Shown: in pieces, positions 38,432 through 54,204 of the stretch
How the letters are laid out: every line of letters begins with the position of its first letter
How positions within the stretch are numbered: the stretch's first letter is position 1
Assembly (NCBI GenBank): GCA_951406725.2
Contig: OX597818.1
Span: forward strand, 147,002,001-147,066,000
From: Octopus vulgaris
Taxonomy: Eukaryota
Direction of reading: 5' to 3'
DNA: 64,000 bases
Notes under the pieces: generated by a model
Told to the model about the DNA's origin: nothing
What the model saw: only the letters and a program-made list of their open reading frames with translations
Databases searched by the model: none
Position numbers and translations under genes: made by a program

Positions 38432-41400
38432 GTTATTTTTACAAATGTACATCCAATAAATTAATGGAACAACATTCAATGAATGGCTAGTAACTTTCTG
38501 TAATACAATTTGCTGAATAATCATGTGAAAGTAGTGCAAGAAATTTTAATTACTGCATATAATTAATGTACGTTACTCGACACAACAAGTTATGGTTGCC
38601 TTTCATCCTTACAGAGTCAATAAAATAAGTACCAGTGAAACACTGGGGTCGATGTAGTTGACTTACCACTCCCCCAAAATTGCTGGCCTTGTACCAAAAT
38701 TTGAAACCATTATTATTAAGGTTTATGTTGCACTAGCAGGTGCACCAGCTTATTCTTGAGATTTATGCAGCATTGGCTTTAAGGGATGCATATTTGTGTT
38801 TGTACAACAAAATGATGTTTTGTAAGAAAAGAGAAAGCATGGTAATTCAGATGAGTAGAAGCCACTCACTGCAACAAACAACATAGATTCCTTTCGACGG
38901 TTTAGCAGCCCTCTGGCCTTAAGTTGAATTTGTCGGCTTTTACAACTATAAGCCAGCTTTTAGAATATTTAGCCAAACTGTTGGTGGGAAAACTCACAGC
39001 ATCACTTTGAATAAATCAGTCAATGTTCATTGATTGAGCTATATTCACTGAAGCGTATTAACTATTTATGGCAACGTTTTTCCTTTTTTGGGGAAAAACA
39101 TTAGTTTATGGTTCTAGAATGGGAAACTCAGCAAGCCAATGTTCAAATCTCAGTTGGGGTCTTACTACACACTAAACAGGCATTTACTGGAATTGATGAC
39201 TGTGTCTTACAGAGTCAGTTGTTCACTTAGTAGGTAAAGATGTTCCCTGTCCCCACCCTTCATTGTGACAAGAAAGTCATTGGGGTACGCAATGTAGATA
39301 AACAGGGAATCCTGGATCACATCATCAATTCAGCTTTCATAGATGGAATTTGATTGTACGCCCTGACAAGATTTATCTTCGAAAAGAGAAACATGTACAC
39401 CACTTAGAGGAAAAGAAAACTTTGCATGTGGAATATTGGTTAATGATCTGGGATGGTGCTGGTGTTTAGTGTAGGATAGTCACTGAAAAGAGACCAGTCA
39501 CTCAGCACCTTTCAGGAACATACAAAATTATGTCGACTGGTATGTTATTCCAATTGTGTAGACTGCATCTGAGATGTGTGTAGGATGACCCAAACCATTA
39601 AATGCAGTTTCTCAACCACTTTTGGGGAACCCTTTTACTGCTCATATTCTTGTTCTGGACTATTAGTGCTAGTATATCTATTTCTTAAGGCATACTTATT
39701 GTTAATCTCACTCTTCTATTCAATGCAAATTTCCAGGGTTCCTTTGTGGTTGTTTTGGGTTTTTTTATCTATTTAAACATTTCTATCTTCAACATCTTCA
39801 ACCTTTGCGACCAATAACAAAATCATTGCCGAAGTTGACTTCACCTTTCATCCTTTGAGGATCGATAAGATAAGTACCACTGGGGATTAATGCAATCAAC
39901 TTACCCACCACCCTGAAATTGCTGGCCTGAGCAGACTCATTACCACACTGGACAAAATGCTTAGTAGCATTTCTTCCAATTTTATGTTCAGAGTTCAAAT
40001 TCTGCCAATGTCAACTTTGCCTTCACCTTTACAGAGTCAATAAAATATGTACCAGTAAAACACTGGGGGTCGATGTAATTACCACTCCCCCAAAATTGCT
40101 GGCCTTGTACCAAAATTTGAAACCATTATTATTAAGGTTTATGTTGCGAATTTATATTGCAGTAGCAGGTGCACCAACTTATTCTCAAGATTAGTGCAGC
40201 ATTGGCTTTTAGGGATGTACATCATTTCAGCAGTTTTGAGGAATTGTTTAGTCGAGAATGATTTTTATGAAAATAAACTGAACAATGAATTAAGGTTATT
40301 GAATAATTAGGATTAAGATAACATATAAGTAATATAAAATACAGTATAATCAAGCAGATGTAAATTTAGCGAAAAATATTTGAAAACCAATCGATGAAAT
40401 TTTTTTAGGTTTTGCTTGTAAGAGCAGATGTAAATTTAACCAAAAGTATTTGAAGAACAATTAATAAAATTAGATAATACCAGTATTTCACTCAAGATCT
40501 CACTTTATACAATATTTTGTTGAGAAACATTATGTATATGCAATGTTTTTCACAACAGTAATTCCTTGTTGGTTTAGAATAATGCAAATTTAATCAAAAA
40601 TATTTGAAGAACAAGTAATAAAATTAGAAAATTCTAGTGTCCAGCACAAAGTCTCACTGCATAAATATTTAGTTAAGAAACATCAGTGTCATTATCATCA
40701 TCCTCATTTAACATCTGCTTTCCATGCTAGCATGGGTTGGACTATATACAATGTTTTTCATAACAACCATTCCTCTTCAATTTATTTTCTCCTCTCTCTA
40801 GCAATCAAATCCTAGATTCTCAACCAGGAATTGAAATTTCTGTCTGAATGCTTCTGCAAGCTTCTTTCTGTTTTTCTCTGGCTTTGCACTCAGCAGTCAA
40901 CATCCTCACCATCTTGGGTCAAATCCAGTTCAACCTAGATAACCTATAAAATATCCATTGTTACTTTGATGCACTTTAGTTATGGAAATCCAGAGAACAA
41001 TAGAAAGAAGTTTGCAGAAACAGACAGACAGAAATTTCGATTCCCTGGTCAAGGAATGTAGGATTTAATCGCTTCAACTCATAGCCACTTCCCCCTCACT
41101 GGATGTCTTGCTGTTCAGCCACAATGGATAACAATCAAGGTCAAGACGATTATTTCCCTTTGACAGTGTAGCATTCAAATACATTGTGACAAGCAAAATA
41201 ACAGATTTTTTTTTTCACCCTAGCTTGACTGAAATAGGATTTTGCATTTTAAAAAAAGCACAACCTAAATGTATGATTGTTTTGCCTCAAGCCAACCCCA
41301 ATCATGTAAACCTATAATCAAAATATTTTCCAGCCATGCCAATCATGTTTTTTCCTTGGTATTGTGTATTCTATTACATTAAGTAACATTGTTTTATAGC

Positions 41401-41824
41401 CAGATGGCTCTTCCTGTTACTTATCCTAACCTGTTTTTCAAGTGGTTTTTCATATTCCACTCACCGCTTCAAAAGTGCAGAACTAGGAACTGATTTGTTG
41501 ACAGGGAATTGTCAACAAACAACATCTGCAGCTCACGTTTTTTTTTTTCTCCTAAATATAAACATTGACAAACACTTACACCATCTTAATCATCATTGTT
41601 TTAATGTCCATTTTTCCATGTTTACATGGGTTAGGTGGAATTCATTAAGACATCTTTTCTATGGTCAGATGGATGCCCTTCCTGTTGCTAACACTCACCT
41701 GTTCCAAGGAAGGTAATATTCCCCCATGGTCAGACATGTTTGCACTGAAGACTGGAAATGAATAATACCATATATCCAACAATCTGCTCATTTACAACCA
41801 TCAGGCAATGTTATGATAAGGAGT

Positions 41825-41855
<31 letters not shown>

Positions 41856-43994
41856 CCATGCATGCATACAACAAACTTCTTTTGGTTTCCAGTTATCAAA
41901 TCCACTCACAAGGCTTTGATCAGTCCATGGCTACAATAGAAGACAGTTGCCCAGGATGTCATGCAGTAGAACTGAACCCAGAACCATGTGGTTGTGAAGC
42001 AATCTTCTTAACCATATGGCCATGCTTCTGTCTATTGCACAAGTGAACTAGCTTCCCTGTCAATACCAATCCTCCTAAGGACTGAGAAGACAAAAACAAC
42101 ATTCAGTTTGTAACCAATATATTTTATTTTCATCTCTAAACTTTTGAAAACACAACAAGTAAAAATGTTCATTAGAAAGAAATATCACAGGTAGCAGTGA
42201 CATTGACAAACATATTGTACTGCAATAATAGAGTGTATTGTAGTCTAATTGTATATGACATGGCATATTGGATACAGTATATCAATATGTTAGAATTGCA
42301 TGTCGAATACTGAACTGAGTATAGATGTGTCAGTATGGCATATTGTATTGTATATCTGGATTGTTATATTGTATGTTGTTGTAGTGTAATGATAGTGTAT
42401 TGTGTATCACAAGTGCAGTAAAGCTGAGTGGCTAAGAAGTTGGTTTTCTCTAGCCTTGGGTTGACCCGTCTCTTTTTTTGTGTGTGTGTGAATTAAATTG
42501 GGTAGGCAGAAACTGCATAGAAGCCCATCGGGTAGATTTGACCTATTATTCAAAAGTATGGTTTTGTCACAATAGATATCCAGACTGTTACCATAGTAAT
42601 GAAGCTCAAGCATGCCAAGTAAAGCCACTTGGCACAGATTGACCTTGAACTCTGCTGTGCTTCACACTAAGTTTTAATGTTCTAGCTCACTTCTGTTGTT
42701 TATAGCAGAGCTTGGAAGGAAGGAGTGGCACAAACTTGGCAGACATGTGTTTCATACCCAAATCTTTAGTGATAATGGACTGAAATGAACCGTAACTAAT
42801 CAGCACAGCCTTTGATAACTCATGGATGGTGATTCGACAATTTCCCCTCATGGCTGCACACACACATCAGCGATATTTTTCTCAGTTCTGCTGGTTGCAA
42901 GTCTCCCAGAACATTCAACAATATCGACACTTTTTCAGTCATCTTGGAAACGTCTGAATCACTCATACACTTATGTGCAGCTCATACACTCCTCTCCATA
43001 CACTTTCTGTAACTCGTATGTCATGCCAATTCAGCAATTGAAAATTATATTAAGCAGACACATGTCTGTGGAATACTTAGTCACTTACATGTCAATTCAG
43101 GAGTAGGTAATTCACATGACTGAACAATTGCATCTTTATCTTTGAGCTTCAGATATCTACCACCAGGAGTATTGTACTGAGCATCATTTCTGTATGACCA
43201 AGCATTGTGTATCATTACTCTATTATAATGGTATTATAATACAGTCTTGTACAAAGCATTCGCAATCTATAGTATTATGTAGTTGCTATTGTTTTGTCCC
43301 AGATCAGCTTTGATCAGTGATCAAAAGGAATTCCAATTATGACCATCCTGTCATTTTTCATTGTTTTCCAGTTGTGGCCATCCTGCCTTTTCAGTATGGC
43401 TAAGATTACATTATTCAGTGTACTCCTCCTGACCCATTGTATTATGAAGCATTATATATAAGTATTATATTTGCACTGAGTGTTAGCAATTTATTATATG
43501 TTGAAATACATATTACGTTATAATGATTTTACATTGCTACATAAGTGTCAGTGTATGCATGATGTATGTGTGCGTGTGATGAGTGTGTGTATGTGTGTGT
43601 GCGTGTGATGAGTGTACGTGTGTGTGTGTATGTGTGTAAATTGTTCAATTCCAGAATTATTCCAAATTCAATAAAATAATCTTGCAGAACATTTCAGAAT
43701 AGAGCAGAACAAACTAAGTTTTTTCAAAATATTATTTGGAAAGAAAAAACATTTTTAAACTATGTTTTCCATTCTTTGTTTAAAGAGGCAACATTACAAC
43801 AATTGCTCCAACACCAAAACTTTGAAGGTTTTGGTAAATAAATATATAAATTAATTTACCTATAACAATTTTCAAAGGTTAACATCCTTATATGTACAGT
43901 TCGACTTCAACTTGTCTTCTCTTTCAATGATCCTTATATATAAGTAGAGTTCAATTCTGATTTTCTAGTATAGGATCACTTGTTTCAACCTCTC

Positions 43995-44031
<37 letters not shown>

Positions 44032-44343
44032 AATACATACATCATGAACTCTTCTTTCATGAGACGATGTATGAGGATTCTGCTATTTCTTGTTGAACAA
44101 CCACACAGCTGATTTATTAATAGAGATCAAATGTTTGAGTTCACATCAGCTCACTCCCTCCACCAAATCAACATTACCAGAACAGAATGTCAGATGACAA
44201 AATGGTCATAGAGCAACGTGAAATGAAGTGTTTTGCTCAAGAACACAATGCAATGCCCACTCTGGGAATCGAAACCACGATTTCACAATCATGAGTGCAA
44301 CACCCAAACCATTAACCCATGTGCCTTCACAATATACATACAT

Positions 44344-44376
<33 letters not shown>

Positions 44377-44935
44377 CACACTTACACAAACACGCATATC
44401 TGTGTGTATTTATGTATGTATATAAACATATATAAATATGTGAATATATGTATGTATATACACACACATATATATATATACACATATGGGCTTCAGTTTC
44501 CATTCATAAGGCTTTGGTCAGCCAAGAGTTATAGTAGAAGACACTTGCCCAAGGTGCCGTGTAGTAGAACTCAATGCGAGACCACATGGTTGGGAAGCAA
44601 TTTCTTAACTGTACAGCCATACAAACACCTACAGTTACACCTGTGCCTATATCCAAGCCTGCTCTAATAAATATATATATGTCATTTTCATGTTTTCTTT
44701 CTGAAACACAGAATAGAAGGGAATTTCGAATTAAGTAATTTCTAAGTTTTTCACATTCAGCAATAATTTGGTATTATGAAATATAAAACTGATAAAACTG
44801 AGATGATTTAAAATTCATAAACTATAATTAGGTGTGATGTAAGGCCTGTGATTGAAATTCTAACTTGTACAAACCTTTCTCATCATCATCATATGCAATG
44901 AAGATGATTCAAGGTTTATGATAATTACTATTTGT

Positions 44936-44966
44936 AGTAATAATAATAATAATAATAATAATAATG

Positions 44967-45048
<82 letters not shown>

Positions 45049-45056
45049 TGATGATG

Positions 45057-45108
<52 letters not shown>

Positions 45109-45146
45109 TGATGATAATAATAATAATAATAATAATAATGATGATG

Positions 45147-45195
<49 letters not shown>

Positions 45196-45200
45196 TGATG

Positions 45201-45261
<61 letters not shown>

Positions 45262-45265
45262 TAAT
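44936..45265. repeat. Compound (AAT)n/(GAT)n microsatellite of about 330 bp
   Basis: Read directly; source of the poly-N/I/L/Y pseudo-ORFs. Confidence 0.98.
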
Positions 45266-48200
45266 TTTGGCACAAAGACAACAATTTCAGGGTTTAAGTC
45301 GATAATAATAATTCTTTCCAATTCTGACACAAGGACAACACTTTTGAGGGGTGGGCAAGGCAAAGTGCTTAACTGGTACAAATTTTATAGATCCTAAAAA
45401 GATGAAACACAAAGTCGACTTTGGTGTTATTTGAAATCAGAATATGGAAAGAGAGCTGGCTCGAATGTCACTCAGCATTTCGTCCTGGACAATAATGATT
45501 CTGCCAGTTCACTCCTTAAATAATAATTATTTCTAATTTTGGCTCACAAAGATAGTGATTTTGAGAAGAGGGGAAATCAATTACATCAACCCCAGTATTC
45601 AAATGGTCCCTATTTCATCAACCTCTAATGGAGGAATAGCAAAGTCCAACTCAGCAGCATTGAAATCAGAGCTCGAAGAAATGCTGCAAGCACTTTGTTC
45701 AGAATGGTAACAATTCTGCCAACTCGCCACCTTCAATAATAATCCTTTCTACTATAATAGGCAGAAGGCCTGAAATTTGGGGGTAAGGGGTTAATTGATT
45801 ACAATGACTCTAGGGATAACCTGGGACTTATTTTATTGACCCCAGAAGGATGAAAGGCAAAGTCAACCTCTGGGGGAATTTGAATTCAAACCATAAAGAG
45901 ATGGAAGAAATATCACAAAGTATTTCATCTGAAGATCTAATGACTAATAACAAGTATCACATTTGTAGTTTCATTATTACTAAACCCCACCCCTCTTAAG
46001 ACAGATGAAATAAATACCCCTTAAATGTAACGATTGACTGAATTGATAATGCCTTTCCTAAAAAGTATGCTATCATTTAAATTAATATTAGTAGTAGTAA
46101 TAGTGGTAGATGTTGTATTCAGGTAGTGAGTAACCAGAATCGTTAGAGATTCAGTAAAATACCTGCAAAATTCTTGCAGCTTTATATGTTCTGAGTTCAA
46201 ATCCTGCTGAGACTAACTTTACTTTTAATTCTTTTAATGTTGATAGAATATAGAACTCGTTAAATATTGGAACTGATGTAATCAACTAGCCACTCCCTCA
46301 GAAGTGCTGGCCTTGTATCTAAATCAGAATCATTATTGAGTGACATGGATTAGCAGAATCATTAGAGCAGTATTTACATTGCAGTATTTATCCCAGCTCT
46401 TTACATTCTGCATCCAAATCTGGCCAAACTCAACATCACCTTTCACCCTTCTGGGGCTGATAATGTAAAGAACCAGTTGAGTGCTGGAGTCAATGGAAGT
46501 GACAATTCCTATTCTTAAAAATTTATGGATTTATGCTTCAACTGAAATTATGGCAGCAATCTGGCAGAATTGTTAGCATGCAGGGCAAAATGCTTTGTGG
46601 CATTTCATCCGTCTTCATGTTCTGAGTTCAGGTTCTACTGAAGTCGACTTTTTCATCCTGTAAGGACCAATGAAATAAGCACCTGTTGAACTCCAGGATA
46701 GATGTAATTAACTTGTACTTTCCCCTGAACTTACTGGCCTTGGGCCAAAATTTTAAACTATTACTAAGTTTCAGTTTGAGTTAGAATTTCAATTACAGAT
46801 TTTAAAATACTTTTATTAGCCCACATCACCATCACCAACCTAACTCATTTGCTTAAATCAAAATTTCCCATTCCAGACTAAACTTTAAATTATTTTTTAA
46901 AAAAGTCAGTTTTATTGCTTTTGAAATGAAAGCAAAAAAAACTGCTTTAGAAGAGATAGAAGTGAGATGTTTAAATATTGCAGACAATTAGCTGACAGGT
47001 TGGTATTGGCATTCATAGGTGACTTTTTTTTCAGGGTTTTTTTTTTTTTTCACAGGACAGAGACCTGAAAAATAAACAAAACAGTATTGTGAAGAATTTA
47101 CACATATTTTAAAAGTAATTTTCAAAATATTAAATTTCTTTTCACTAAATACAAATTCAAATTCTGCAAGGGATATAAGGGATGGTGGATGTTAATATAA
47201 ATTGAATTAATTCCAATAAATTCCTTTTTCATATGAACCCACCTGAGATTGACCCTCATTCTATGATACTAAATTCCCATTTCAAAATTAATTGAAACGA
47301 AGGCAATGTGTGCAGATGAATGAAGAAATTTACAGAAGTGGGAGCCAGAATTGAAGACGAACCATGCAAGCCTTCAGTTGTGACCACTGACACAAATTGC
47401 CAGCTAGAGGACAACATTAATTTGCACAGACAGCTGAATCACTGGACTGTGGTCACAATGCATTATAGAAGATGGTGGAAGACTGAGTATCAGAAAGCCA
47501 CACCCCACCCACTAGCATAGTGGGTGGCCCTTCAGTTTGCCATCCCTGGGCCCCCATATAAAATACATATTGCCTACAGCAGACCCAAAAGTGGTGCCCC
47601 CATAAAAGTGCCACCTGGGATGGACTGTCCCTCTGCCCCCTCTAACTACACTAGTGACCCCTCACCACCAAACACTGAGAACTCATGCTATCCCACTGCC
47701 CCACTCTCAATTGGTTACATTGCACTATGAGGGGATTATGCGAGACAATTCATTGTCCTCTCCCTCCAAGAGATGAAGGTAGGCTGAGCAAGCAGCAAGC
47801 AACCTCTTTTCCTTTAGCACCCTACAATAATCACACAAAGAAACCAAAGATGATAGACATTGACAGACCACTGAGCTGCATCACATGTAATATTTAACTA
47901 AACTGTCACATCATTACATGAATGAGAGAGAGAGAGAGAGACAGAGAATGAGTGAGTGTGAATATGGAGGTCTAAGTTTGGCAACCAGACATTTCTTGCA
48001 TTTCACCTCAGGAATACAAGGCATAGATTACTCATCTATGACAGTCAACAAGACCAACTCTAGCAATATTTATTAGCACAGCAGGGTAGTAGGGTGGTAT
48101 ACAAGCAACAGATTATGAAAGTGCATGCTACGTTTTTTTATTTCCATTTTTTTTTTCAGTTCAGATGACTTAAAGATTTTAATTTTCAAAAGGTAAGAAT

Positions 48201-49682
48201 CAACTAAATAATTAAAACCAGCCGACAAGCAATTATCACAGGGTAACAGTGCTAAGCAGTGTTGTGTATAAATACAAGATTATTACCAGTTCAAATATGC
48301 TAACCATTCAGTGTTTTGTCATGGAGAAAAATTCTCATTATGGACAAATGATGTAAATACACCTAAAATCAGCCCACAGCACTACCTACCAAGACTTGAA
48401 GAAAGAACAGAAAAGCATTTCAAAGTGGTTAATCTCCTCTTCAATTACAGAAACTAGACAGAATGTATATATATATGAACTAATCTACAGGGAATTCCTA
48501 AATTATTATTCACTGGCAAAATTTTCATTTTAGATTATTCTATATCACAACTCACTCATTTTTGAAAATCTTGTGCTACTTTTTATGAAACTGATCTAGC
48601 AACCCCATTAGCATTTATTCAGTCACCCATGATGCAGTGAAAAACAAGATCAATATTTGAACTTACCCTATAAAGGAATAAACAGGATGAAGACACTAAT
48701 GAACTTAATCAGGTGCTCTTGTTGCCCCATAAACGCATTCAAGATATTGATTTCTCAAGGGAGAAATTGTACAATTGATTGAACCTAACATATCAGTGTT
48801 ATTTTATTGACCCTGGAGGGATGAAAGACAGTCGGTTACCAGAGTTGGATGTGACTTCAGTAAAGCATGAAAATCCAGTGACCTAGCATTTTCACCCAAC
48901 AACAATTCTAAAGTGTTGTGTCCACATGCAATATACACATAATGTGCACCTGTAATTACAGACAATGATATCCAGGAAAAAGCATCTCAAATATAATATG
49001 CAGACTTTTTTTGTTTGTATGTGATGTAGGGAAAAAGCATTTAGTCAATTATCATAATTGCTGTATATAACACATGGCAAAATTTCAGGCATACAAAGCA
49101 AAACTCAAATTCAGAAGTGACCTCTGCAGTGACCTCTGCAGTGACATAGCATGGTTTCAGGCCACCCACTTCCTTAAACATAATATACCTTTAACATGTT
49201 TGCCTCATCTCTCAAAGGTAAGCAAACCCCTTGGGCAGTCTGCTCACCTTCAAACTTTATCAGTCTGAGCTTTAAGTGCACACTTCTGTAAAGTCAATAT
49301 TGTGGATATCACACAATCAAGATTTTTCATGAAAAGTACGCAATAAACACAGAACTAAGACACATTTGCACTACTCATATGTTTGTTACTAATATTGATA
49401 TATCAATGCAGACTAGGTCTCTGGATTTACTTGAGCCATATTTCTTGTAATAACATCAGTTCAAATCCCTTTCAGGCTTATCTTTAACTGCACATAAGCT
49501 TAATATGGTGAAATGAGATTTTTCTTTTATTTATAAGATTTTACAAATGAGTCTTATCAAATCAAAACCTATCAACTATTTACGTTTATGCATGTGTGTG
49601 TGTGTGTAGTTAAAAACTGGTTGGTTACCTTCTCGATGTGGAAAACAATTATGCCAACTTCAAAACCAAGTGAATGTATATT

Positions 49683-49738
49683 TTAGGCAAATCCTAAAGT
49701 ATCCTTAACTCCTTCAAATGCTTCATGTGTAGCAAAGG
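49683..49738 (-). CDS. EIF4E3: eIF4E type 3, terminal coding exon: (A)FATHEAFEGVKDTLGFA*
   Basis: Acceptor ttttattatttcag|CC; phase is compatible with the 54205 donor. H.AFEG matches the eIF4E3 C-terminus (HHAFEG). Stop TAA at 49685-49683. Confidence 0.85.
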
Positions 49739-50974
49739 CTGAAATAATAAAACAAATACTGTAAAAGCTGTTTGAGAATTTCAATTTAAAATATTTTTCA
49801 GTCTAAAATTTCAGATTGATAAAATTTATAATTCACATTTTACATCCATTTTTCCCTACACTACCATGGGTTAGACATGTACACATTATTGAAGGATTGT
49901 CTTTTTACAGCTGTATACCTTCCCTGCGGTTAAGCCTTACCTGTTTCCTCAAGTAAAAGATTCTCATTCCACTTACTTTCAAAAGCACAAAGCAAGCAGA
50001 CAATTTGTGGAAAGGTAAATGCCAACAAAAAATATTGTTTGTAGTTTAACATATTTTTCCTGCACAGCACTGAAGGACAATGAAGGACAGTACTTCTATT
50101 GTGGTGACCCTTATTTACAACCATCAGACAATGTCAAGACAAGGAGACACACACGTGCATGTGTGTGTGTGTGTGTGTGTGTGTGTGATGGGCTACTTTC
50201 GGTTTTTGTCTACCAAATTCACTTACAAGGCTTTGGTCAGCCTGAAACTAAAGTAGAAGACACTTGCCCAAGGTACCATGGAATGAGGGACTAGACCGAA
50301 AACCATGTGACTGGGAAGCAAATTTCTTAACCACACAGCCATACCTCCACATACATATGTATACGTGTGTGTGTGTGTGTGTTTGTGCATGTCTGTATTA
50401 TTTAAATGTTCTATGACCACAGGCAACATAACAAACCCCCATCCCAGCCATGCACAAAAGCAAACCAAAATCAAATGACCACAAACTCTCACGTACACAT
50501 AACCTACATTTTTCCTTAAAAAAAGTCAAACAGAAAACTGTAAGGAAATTTAAACAGCCACATACACACATCTTTTTAAGAACATGAAAACAAAATTTGA
50601 TTGCCAACAAACAAACAAAAACATATTTTTATTGATAGAACAATCCCTCAAATATTACTCAGTCTTGAAAGCACCATTTATTAGAGACGTAGCTATTGAC
50701 AATTACTTCTACGGCTAACCCTGTCATAAATAACAACATTTATCACCTTAAACACATACAAAGAAAAACATACACCCCATCACCAACTCGTGAACAAATC
50801 CTAAACAAACTAATAATATACCTTCCTGCTTACAATTACAAAAAATACAAACACCACATCACAAAAAATAAACCAAAAAACCAATGAAGACACCAGTAAA
50901 AAACACCCCATTAAGAAGCACAAAGTGCAAACCATTGAACAAGCACAAGACTACACATCCATCAACAATTATAG

Positions 50975-51975
50975 GAAATACAAGAGATATCAAGTTGTTG
51001 GATCAGGTAATGAAAGTCACAGAGAGGGTCATAGTCCAACTAATTAGGGAGAGAGTCAGTCTAGATGAAATGCAGTTTGGGTTTGTGCCAGGGAAAAGCA
51101 CCACTGATGCTAGATTTCTGGTAAGACAGCTGCAGGAGAAATACCTAGCCAAAGATAAACCTCTGTACCTGGCTTTTGTTGACATGGAGAGAGCCTTTGA
51201 CAGGGTCCCTCAATGCCTTATCTGGTGGTCAATGCGGAAACCAGGGATAGATGAGTGGTTAGTGAGAGCTGTAGAAGCCGTGTACAGGGATGCTGTCAAT
51301 AAGGTGAGAGTTGGCAGCGAGTACAGTGAAGAATTCCAGGTAGAGGTAAGGGTCCACCAAGGATCAGTCCTCAGCCCTCTCATATTCATCATAGTCCTCC
51401 AGGCAATGACAGAGAAATTCAAGACAGGATGCCCCTTGGGACTTCTTTATGCTGATAACCTTACACTAATAGCTGAGTCACTATCAGAACTAGAGAAGTT
51501 TCAGGTGTGGAAGCAAGGTCTAGAATCAAAGGATCTTAGAGTCCATCAAACAAAAACCAAAGTCTTAATAAGTAGGAAGGCAGACAAACTACAAATCCCT
51601 TCAGGTAGATGGCCCTGCTCGATCTGCAGAAAAGGCCATAAAATGTACTTGGTGTAAGCTATGGACACATAAGAGGTGCAGCAATATCAAAGGAAGGCTA
51701 ACTGGGTAGACTGTATGAAGCATGTGTGCAAATAGCCTTGCTGCATGGCAGTGAAACATGGGCTGTGACTGCTGAGGACATGCATAAGCTAGCAAGGAAT
51801 GAAGCTAGTATGCTCCACAGGATGTGTAATGTCAGTGTGCATACACAACAGAGTGTAAGTGCCCGAAGAGAAAAGTTGGACATAAGAAGCATCAGATGTG
51901 GTGTGCAAGAGAGACAACTGCACTGGTATAGTCATGTGTTGCATATAGATGAGGACAGCTGTGTGTAGGAAAGAC
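50975..51975 (+). mobile_element. RTE-clade LINE RT fragment in the last eIF4E3 intron
   Basis: QFGFVPGKSTTDA, AFVDMERAFDRVP, VHQGSVLSP and LLYADNL motifs; frameshifted 3' part. Confidence 0.9.
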
Positions 51976-53194
51976 ACATCATCATCATCATCATCTTTTG
52001 ATGTCTGTTTTCCATGCTGGTATGGGTTGGATAGTTTGACCAGAGCTGGCAAACTGGAGAGCTGCACCAGGTTCCAGTCTGATTTGGCTTGGTTTCTACA
52101 ACTGGATGCCCTTCCTAACACCAACTACTTTACAGAGTGCTCCACTGGGTGCTTTTAACATGGCACTGGCACAAGCACTTTTAATGTGGCACGAGTGTGC
52201 TAAAAAAAAGTGAAGGTAATTTTTTTGTTAGATGTGCCATTCAGAAACCCCTGTGTGCCACAGGTAGCCCATGACTAACTGAGATAATCTTGGTCTCAGT
52301 AGGTATCATTACAAGTTACTGGTACAAACAGTAGCAGTAACTCTACAGTTCACAGCAATGAGGTCATTTCCTTACACATCATTAGACCAGTGGATAGATT
52401 TTACTTTAGCATTCATTTGCTGAATGCTATGGAAACCAGAGTTAAACACCAGCTGTGTGGATGTTTGTAGTTCAGAAAAAGATTAGCCAAAGATTTAACA
52501 AAATATCAGCAGTAAAGTATTTTAAGAGATACTACCAAAAGTCATCAACAGTGAAATTATTGATGTCAGCAGCTTAATGAGTTAGAACTAGCTGTCAAAT
52601 TTAAACAGTAATAGCTTGAAGCAGTGTAAATAAGGTGACTTAATTTAGATTAGATGTTAATGATAATCACAAAATGCACCATAAAGCAAAACAAAAATTT
52701 AAACATTTGGTATATGAAAGAAAGATTTTGTTTTGATGTAAAGCAACGTAGGAGTTGAAAACCTGAAGTTAAAGAGAGAGAATGTTACCATGAGCAGCAT
52801 TGCAATTAAAGAATCAAACGTTTGCTTTACTTACAAATTTTATATAATATTATCATTTTATGTGCATTTTATGCTTGTTGATTACGATAGGTTTTCTAAG
52901 GCAGTAGTTTATAGCCAGATGACTTTCCCAGAGACAAGACAGATTTTAGGTATAGAAGCACAGGTATGACTTGTGTGCTTAAGAAGTTTGCTTCTCAACC
53001 AAATGCTTTCAGGTTCAGCTTTGTTGAGTGGAATCTTGGGAAATGTCTTAGAGAGAGGGGTTATCATCACCATCATTTTATGACAATTTTCCATGCTCAC
53101 ATGGGTTGGAATGGTCTGCTCCCACACAATGCCATTCTTCTTCATAATCTACTTCCTGAAATAGACCGAGCAGAGCAAGTGCGTGCATGCGTGC

Positions 53195-53233
<39 letters not shown>

Positions 53234-54204
53234 GTGTGTGTGTGTGCGTGTGTGTGTGTGTACACCCATACATGCATACAGTGGATGCTATCTACTATAA
53301 TCACAGATAATCAGTGTCACTAACTAAAGAGATGTGATAGTGGTAAATGACAGTTATGGTGCGGTGGTGGAATCATATGCTAGTAAATAGGGTGGATGAG
53401 ATAATGATGTGTTAAGTTTGTCAGTGTGATTGACAGTATTGGTGACAGAAGCAATACTCTGTGTCTAACTTGAATTTTGTCAACAATTGTTAGAGCTGAA
53501 GTATTTTCTGACGCTGAGGAGAAGAGCCAGTCTTTTTGGATGCAGCTCTAGATGTGCTAAGGATGTGCTTTTGTAAGGAGAGATTGTCAGTAATAGTGAG
53601 GGATAACTTTTGGAGCAACCACGTAAGTATACTGGTTGAGCACTGCCAATATTTACAACGGGTGTTGTGCCATAGAGCTTTCTCAATACAAACAGTGCTC
53701 TAATGATTTTGCTGTTGAAAGAGCCAAGATATTACAGCCCCAAAGGAGGGTCATTTCAAAGTCTCTATGTAGATTTAACATATGGTGGATGTAGATTTGC
53801 ATAGAGATGATACATAATTGGGGAAGATTAGGGAGGAATAAAAGATTGTACAAATCTAAATGTGTTTCAGTTTTATTAGACCTCATCTATGAAGGACAGT
53901 GTAATCAGTACTGCCAAGCTAGATTTTTTTAAAAAATCATTTTCACCAAATCTCATTCAAATTTCAAAGCTAAAATAGAACTTAACCAGCTTCAAAATGC
54001 AATGTGTTATTCAAATAATAAAAATACACAGCTTTCATCAACTTGAAGCAATAAAACATGATAAAAGAGAGTTACATGATCTAGTGAGAAGTGTCCTACA
54101 CATTTGCATAAGAAAGATACATTTATGTAGAACTACTCCTCCCCACTTGATACTACAACAAAATGTATTTTTGTTAAAAATCAATTTTTATAGAGGACAC
54201 TAAC

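Noticed and set aside
39170-39470. Coding-like stretch on the plus strand
   Set aside because: Stops in the frames examined and no identifiable motif; probably an old TE relic.
44860-45397. Long poly-L/N/Y/I ORFs
   Set aside because: Translations of the (AAT)n microsatellite.
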